From assembly GCF_009914755.1 (NCBI RefSeq), contig NC_060933.1: a DNA stretch of 64,000 nt; one strand, written 5' to 3'. Origin of the DNA: the human T2T-CHM13v2.0 reference genome, Homo sapiens. The first letter of the stretch is position 1, and every line of letters begins with the position of its first letter. Of this stretch, positions 50,812 to 64,000 are shown piece by piece. The position numbers were made by a program, and so were the translations under genes. A model generated the notes under the pieces. The model was not told the DNA's origin. It did not search any database and was given only the letters and a program-made list of their open reading frames with translations.

Positions 50812-50813
<2 letters not shown>

Positions 50814-50844
50814 CTATCCATCCATCCACTCATCTGTCCATATT

Positions 50845-51053
50845 AGGAGTTGACAAATCATGGTTCAAGGCCAAATTTGGGCCATCACTTGTTTTTGTAC
50901 AGCTCTTAATTAAAAAGGAGTTTTACATTTTAAACAGCAACATTTTATCTGGTTATATAGGTACCTATAAAACAGCTTTGAATTTGCTTCTTGATCTTCA
51001 TAGCCTAAAATATTTACCATCTAGTTCTTTACAGAACAAATTTGCCAATCCCT
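50845..51053. mobile_element. MER58-like hAT MITE within an old L1 fragment
   Basis: AGGAGTTGACAAA...AATTTGCCAATCCCTG termini. Confidence 0.65.
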
Positions 51054-52396
51054 GATCTACACACACACCCACACCCACCCACCCTCCAAAATTTACTGAA
51101 CCATTTGAAAGCAAGTTGCAAACATTATAACATTTCTACCTCACATACTTCATTATGTATCTCCTAAAAACAAAGTAATATTCCCACTTAACTATAACAC
51201 TATCACACCAAAGAAAATGAACTATGATTTCACAATATCATAAATACCCTTCTATATGCAAATTTATGTGATTGTATTTGCAAGTTTTACAAAATGAAAT
51301 GCGTACCTTTATAATAATAAATAGCAAATCTCTTATTAAAAGTCATATTTTTATAATCAACGTGAATTTTTAGCGTCAGTTTTCTTATTCAAGGAATTTA
51401 GGAAAGCTGCTCTAAACAGCTGATCCCCTGGACATTTCAGATCAAAACTTAATGTGTGTTCAGGTCAAACAGCTCATATTCTATAAAGCATTTAGTACTG
51501 GTAGTGGTGGTACTGTTTGCTGTAGATGTTGGCAGGAAAGGTCAGGTTGTTGTGTACTCTTTTCTTTGTGTTCAAAAAAGTAATATCTAATATCCCTGAG
51601 AATTTTTAAAGCTGAGTGACTTGTACTTGGTAGTTTGTTTCACTATTCTTTCAACCATTTTGGTGTACGATTATAAATTTCCATAATAAAAAAGTACATA
51701 TACATCAGTATGATAATAGACTTGATTTATGACCTACATATACTAAGACAATGGCATTTAAAATATGTCAGAACCCTGAAACTTAGATGCAAAAATTGCA
51801 TATGTGTTTGTATGCAAAAATTGTATGTGTGTGAAAATTGTATGTATGAATCTTTTATTTTAGCATAAGTAACAGCAATTGTCAAACAAAACACAGAAAG
51901 AAAGATTGGCTTAAATTTTGAATGGATTTTGAGAAAAGGCTACTTCATCCTTTAAGAGTCTTGTTTTTGTAAACATTTCATTTTTTTGTGGGATGTGAAT
52001 CATGTGTTGGAATCACCTGATTTAGCTGTGGTATAACTAAGTCTGGAAGGTTTTGGGGATACTCTGTTTTTAAAATTCCCCACCACCAATCATGATTATG
52101 GTTACATGAGATACGTGTCCTGAAGAAAGAGATCTGTGTCCCAAAGCTCTGGAGTTACTTAAACCATGTACTTTGTAAGCTCATCTTTGCTCTGTTTGAG
52201 CCATAATGTTATGTCTGCTTTCACCACAATCACATGGCTGTGGAACTGGCAGGTCAGGCCCTCTTCCAGTGTGCTACAGTGTAGAATCTGCTTTATAAAG
52301 TAAGTTGAAAGATTCAATATGTTTCTTCTCCTTGCTTTAAGAAGAGCTCAAAGATAAACATTCTAGCATATATATATTTTTTTTAAGTGGAGATTG

Positions 52397-52516
52397 GGCC
52401 AGGCGCAGCGCTCATGCCTATAACCAGCACTTTGGGAGGTTGAGGCAGGAGGATGGCTTGAGCTTAGGGTTTCAAGACCAGCCTGGGCAAAATAGCTGTC
52501 TCTATTAAAAAAAAAT
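52397..52516 (+). mobile_element. FLAM-C
   Basis: Alu monomer; TSD AAGTGGAGAT. Confidence 0.85.
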
Positions 52517-53034
52517 AAAGTGGAGATAATCATGCTGTGTTATTTAGTAAGGAAACATTTGATAATATAACATTTGGAAAACAGTGATAGTGAGCCCTTG
52601 AGAACTCTAATGGCTCAAAATGTAGTACTGTTGTATTTTTACAAATATAAAACATATAGGATTTTAATATGCTCAATGAGATATCAACAGAAAAGTTACT
52701 ATGGAGTATTAAATCCAGAGCAGCCAGATGCACTTGAATTAGCATAAAAATAACCCATTCTTTTGGAAAGAAGTTGTGGCAAAATATTTTGTTCTGATTG
52801 AGTAGGAAGTGTACATTTATTACTTCTTCTTTGTATGCTATCCTTATTTTATGATAACATAATTTTGGCCTAGACTATGTAATTTGGCCCTTCTTTATTA
52901 TATCAATATATAATTTTGTTTTTCTTTCTGTTTGGTTTCATGTGAGTTCATGAAGCAGCTTTTCACTTGTCAATGTCATTTCTCTAACATGTGTCTTTTT
53001 TCCTTCATTCTTTCATTATACATTTATTGATCAC

Positions 53035-53648
53035 CCATTTATTGATTTTATTGTAGTAGTTATGTTCTATGAATTAGTGAATACTAAACAATTGGTCGTA
53101 GGAGAAATACAAGGTTAGATTCCTTTAAATCTCTGGTCACTTTTTTTTGTCAACCAATCAATACATAACCTTGTGTTATGTGTGTTTCTGTTTAATGACA
53201 TCTTATTTAATATCTGTTTGATTTACTGACATTGAACTCATGGCCAACAGTGCTGTAACTTGTGCCTGAACAAAGCTTGTCTAACACATATATTTTCTCT
53301 GTAAATAACATCACAGCCTTCTTGTGCTTTGGCATGCTGGACAACACTTCATCACTATACTCAGGGCCATTTAAAACAGTGAAATCACCAACAAAAAGCA
53401 TAAATTGTAAAAAATATGGCAATAGACAGACTGCAGGAAGAACACTTGTTTATGGTATGAGAGGTGGAACAAGGCAAAACAAAGCCTTGCTTTATGTCCG
53501 CTGGAAACTTGCACATTGAGGGTTTCAACTTTTCACTGCTCTGTACATGCACATGTCCACAAAAGTGCACTAAACATGGATTTGAAAGTGACAAATAAAT
53601 TTTGGTGAATTCTCAAATATGGAATTTGTGAATAATGAGGCTTGGCTG
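53035..53648 (-). mobile_element. MER82 (Tigger-derived)
   Basis: Minus-strand remnant PKHKKAVMLFTEKIYVLDKL...GHEFNVSKS resembles the CENP-B-type HTH of Tigger transposases; terminus GAATAATGAGGCTTGGCTG followed by TA. Confidence 0.8.
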
Positions 53649-54399
53649 TATTTGCAGTTACTCTGCTAGGTTCTGGGAACTCAATGATGAACAAGACTGA
53701 ATTCTTCGCTCAAGCAGCTCAAAATCAATTTCAGAGGAGGGATGCAAACATACCTAAATAGAATTCAGTGCAATAACCACTGTAATTGAGCTATAAGCAA
53801 GAAGTTATATGAATTTTTGGGAAAAAGCACTTAACTCTCTAGTACTTATCATGGAATGATGAGAAAACCAATCAACTTGGAAGTCAGGCCTGGGCCAATT
53901 TTGGCCCTGTCCCCTCATGAGTGTATGGCTACACTTTAATCTAAGTCCTTTAAAATTTTGATTCTCAAACTACTCACTGAGAAGTGAAGATGGTAACACC
54001 CACCCTTCAGCACAACTGTGATGAAAGCATCTAATGCTGTGCTTGGAAGATAGTTAAGTCCCCAGTTAAAGACTTAGGTTTGAAGAAGTAAAGGGCAGCT
54101 TTACAGAGGAGATGACATTTGAGCTGTGCCTTGAAGCATGAGAAGGATGTCCACTGCTGGGAAGGAGAGCTTTGGGCTTGTAAGCCCTTTGTAGTTTTGT
54201 TCTTTATCATGCTCTGATCTAGCCAAGTGAGGTGCTAGGAACATAATAGTTACTCAGTAAATAAATGCTGACAGCTTGGGTGAGTAAAGGGTGAAGGATC
54301 CCTTTTTGATCTCTTTGATACCTGCTTTTTTGTTAGGCCACCTATTTTCATAGCAACATGTATTCTTGGTACATTATATATCAATCTTTGGAGATTTAG

Positions 54400-54712
<313 letters not shown>

Positions 54713-54817
54713 TAGTCTGTAGAAATTGAACAAGAGAAAGTACATAATTTAGCTAGGAGTTGTATCCTCCCAAAATTGATTTTGAGTAAAAAATGTGGCT
54801 GGAAAATGAAAGACATG

Positions 54818-55119
54818 TGTCTTAGTTCATTTTGTGTTGCTACAAAGGAATACCTGAGGGTGGGTAATTTATAAAGAAAAGATGCTTATTTGGCTCACGG
54901 TTCTGCAGGCTCTACAAGAAGCATGGTGCCAGCTGTCTTCAACAATCAGTACTTGTGGGGACTAATAAAGTGAGAACTCACTACTATGAGGATGGCAACA
55001 AGCCGTTCATGAGGGATCCGTTCCCATCATCCAGACACCTCCCACCAGGCCCCACCTCCAACACTAAGGATCAAATTTCAACATGACACTAGACGGGGTC
55101 AAATATGTGAACTATAGCA
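54818..55119 (-). mobile_element. MSTB-like MaLR solo LTR, internally deleted
   Basis: TGTCTTAGT...ACTATAGCA termini; perfect 5-bp TSD ACATG. Confidence 0.88.
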
Positions 55120-55167
55120 ACATGATAAGAAGGAAAAAAAAGAAAAAGAAAAAGATGAGAAAATTTA

Positions 55168-55204
<37 letters not shown>
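55168..55204. repeat. (TG)n(AG)n compound microsatellite
   Basis: Seen directly. Confidence 0.95.
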
Positions 55205-55289
55205 ATGCTTAAGGGAGACAGGTGACATGTAACAATATGGATAAATCTTAGCAATGTAATATTAAGTGAAATAGTAATTCCCCCAAGAA

Positions 55290-56518
<1,229 letters not shown>

Positions 56519-56781
56519 TGAACTTATTTTAAGATAAAAGGTAAAAAATAATCTGTAAAATAACACTAGAAACAAAGAAAAAGAGTACATACAACGCTAC
56601 ATCTTTTTACAAACCTAAAAAACTAGAGTAGTTTAGATAGAATAGTTGAGTAGCTGGAATTAAGCCATAGAATGAGAAAGGAGGGCATGGAGCCCAAGAC
56701 TCAGCAAGCCGGTTACTCTGGGTGGGGTGCTTGCCGGTGGGGTAGCCAGCCACCAAATAGATTGCTGGAGGACATTGTTAA

Positions 56782-57078
<297 letters not shown>

Positions 57079-58407
57079 GAGATCCTCATTTGTGTTTCAG
57101 TGGTTGTCAGATTGATGGAAGGTTATTACATTACTAAAATCAAGCAATCAGAAAAAAACATGAACCAACTAATAGAGGACCATGCATGGGACCTAGCGAG
57201 ACTGCCATGACACACACAATGTGATTAATCTGTTTGTTTTCATCTGAGGCCAACACAAAAAGAAAATACAGAAAGAGAGGGAGTAGGAGAAGAGAGATGG
57301 GGGTAGAGGGAAAGAAAGAAAGAGACTGGGAAATCAAGGAGTAGGGAAAGAAAAGTGCTTCAGGTTTTTTGAAGGAAAATAATAAAACAACTCTGGAGAT
57401 AATAAACTGGAACGACAGAGTGGGAAAAGATGTAGCAAATTTTCAAGAGACGATAAGAATGGATTGGAGGAAGCTGAAAGACCAAGGAATGGGAATGCTG
57501 AGGCAGAAAAAAGACTAAGTAGTATTTCTGAGCCGCAAGAGGGACACTCTGTCTCCACAGAAGGGTGTCAGCCAGAGGGCTGGATTCCAGGAAAGGGTGA
57601 TGTGGTTAAACAACAGACCAAGGTTTGGTCTAAAGGAAGGCTGACACTTAGCCAGCTGGGGTTTTCCAAAAACTTGGAGTGTTGTGGTCACTTCTGGCTT
57701 CTTCAATACTCCAGTCTATTAATTAGGAGGAACCGCTAGATTAACCTGCGGCCATAATCACGTCTGATGAGGGCTTATGTACAGAGGCTTATTGTCGGTA
57801 ATTGAGGGGACTCCTCTGGGAGCTGCCGTCCTGTTGCAGCCTTTCTGGTGCCCAGTGTGGGAATAATGCATACTGGGAGCACACAAGGGAAACTGGGCTT
57901 GTGCAGGATGCAGATGCACTTACCAAGGAAACGAGTCACTCCCAAACGTTGTGCTGGAGCCTCTGGGTGCACAATGACCACTGACCAGTGAACAGGGGCG
58001 GGCCTTGTCAGCAGTAAAAGGACCAGGATATTTAGAAATATTCAAGCCATCTGGAGCCCGGCAAAAGTTCATTCTGTCCTTCCTGTCTTCTGCTCTATGG
58101 CCTCTGGACACAACCATGCCACAAACAAAACCAACCAAAGAAAGTGCCTCCACTGCGCGGGGAGGGGAGGGTCCCATTCACCTGGTGATTCAATCAGTCC
58201 TGATGAAGAGGGAAAAGGAGGCTGCTGCGAGCTGGCTCCTTCTGTGACTGCTCCTCACCTCAGGTGTGCTCCTGTCCTGCTAAGCTAACCCTAGATCCCT
58301 GAACAAATGAGGCTTTCCTCTCATCACCTGCTCCTTTTGGAATGTCCTTATTTCCCTTTCTTTGTCCACCTGGGGAATGAATACTTTTAAAAAATTTAAA
58401 TGGAGTA

Positions 58408-58672
<265 letters not shown>

Positions 58673-58899
58673 TTAAACACTGTGTTGTAGCGGTAGTTTT
58701 CATATAAAATGTTCCTTGATATTCTATGCCCTGCCCCATTCCGCATACACACAGGATTTCCCATGCCTTGGCAATCCCTCTTACGCTCTTTGGATGTTTT
58801 TCAGAGAGCCCTTTACTACACTGGTTTATTTACATATCTTTTTTTTCTCAACTTTTCTCCCTTGAGACAGAAAATTAAAATCAGTGCTCAATAAATTTT

Positions 58900-59210
58900 G
58901 GTTAAGTGAATAATAAGCACTAATCACAAGCCGGGCCAAGTGCGTGCCTTACACACCTTCCTTCATTTAAGCCTTCACGCAGCCTATCAGGTGGTGACTA
59001 TTATTATTAATCCTCTCCTTACAGATGAGGAAATAAAGGCTCAGAAAGGTTAAGCCATTTGTCCAACATCATATTACTATTAATATTATTTTTAATGCAT
59101 CATTCAAATGACACCAAGATCATATTACTATTAAGTGGTAGAAATTGGATTTAAACCTAGATAGTCTGACTCAGCATCCTCCCCCTTAACTCCTGCATGG
59201 TGCTGCCTCC
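58900..59210 (-). mobile_element. MIR
   Basis: TTACAGATGAGGAAATAAAGGCTCAGAAAGGTTAAG MIR core. Confidence 0.75.
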
Positions 59211-59234
59211 TGAATAATCAAGAGTTATAGGTTT

Positions 59235-59521
<287 letters not shown>

Positions 59522-59861
59522 TTATAGGTTAGTCAAGATACCAAAATACTGGGCTTTTCTACACTGCAAGTATTTCGAGGCTCAGTGTAATTGCAATGCA
59601 ATGTTTAATCTTGATGGATGTATGTAAAATCTAAGACACAGACTTTGCCTCAAGGAGTTTGTGAACCATTTGAGAACCTTCAACTACTATTGGGAATGAT
59701 TGGTGAATGATGTAAAGTATTATGAACTACCTTCTACATATTTTGGTGCCTCTGGGTACAAGGCACCTTGCTATATATTGTGAGAGATTAAAAAGATCAA
59801 TGAATACAGTTAACTATACCATCCTACCATCCTTCCATCCTAGTTTTCCAGGATGGAATGG

Positions 59862-60070
59862 ATTTTCTTTTTTTTTTTTTTTTTTTGAGACAGCGTCTCA
59901 CTCTGTCGCCCAGGCTGGAGTGCAGTGGTGTGATCATGGCTCACTGCAGTCTTGACCCACCAGACTCAAGTGATCCTCCCACCTCAGCCTCCCATGGGGA
60001 CACACCACCATGTCCCGCTAATTTTTTTTTTTTTTTGAAAAGACAGGGTCTTGCGAAGTTACCCAGGCTT
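59862..60070 (-). mobile_element. AluJ, partial
   Basis: Right arm with an internal deletion. Confidence 0.8.
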
Positions 60071-60084
60071 GGACTGGATTTTCT

Positions 60085-64000
<3,916 letters not shown>

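Overview
This is human/simian genomic DNA, repeat-dense and either intergenic or intronic. No intact host protein-coding exon is recognisable, and nearly all ORF-track entries are Alu, L1 or other repeat read-through. The window opens with the 5' LTR (LTR10-type), tRNA-Pro PBS and leader of a minus-strand HERV-IP10-like provirus inserted in an Alu. A ~16 kb nest (3.1-19.4 kb) follows, in which an old L1M hosts seven Alus/FLAMs, a full-length RPS6 processed pseudogene with a long 3'UTR and an open 234-codon frame, a MER9 solo LTR inside an Alu, and a full-length L1PA3/4. Further on are a second, oppositely oriented full-length L1PA6-like element, a near-complete HSMAR2 mariner split by three Alus, and a full-length U2 snRNA retrocopy inserted in an Alu linker. 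MER20, MER6B, MER82, MLT1A, MSTB, MIR, L2 and old L1 fragments are also present. I found no convincing new biological system. The most notable signals are several perfect-hairpin templated-insertion scars, repeated same-site Alu insertions, and the properties of the two retrocopies. Subfamily names come from recalled consensus sequences and need RepeatMasker/Dfam confirmation.
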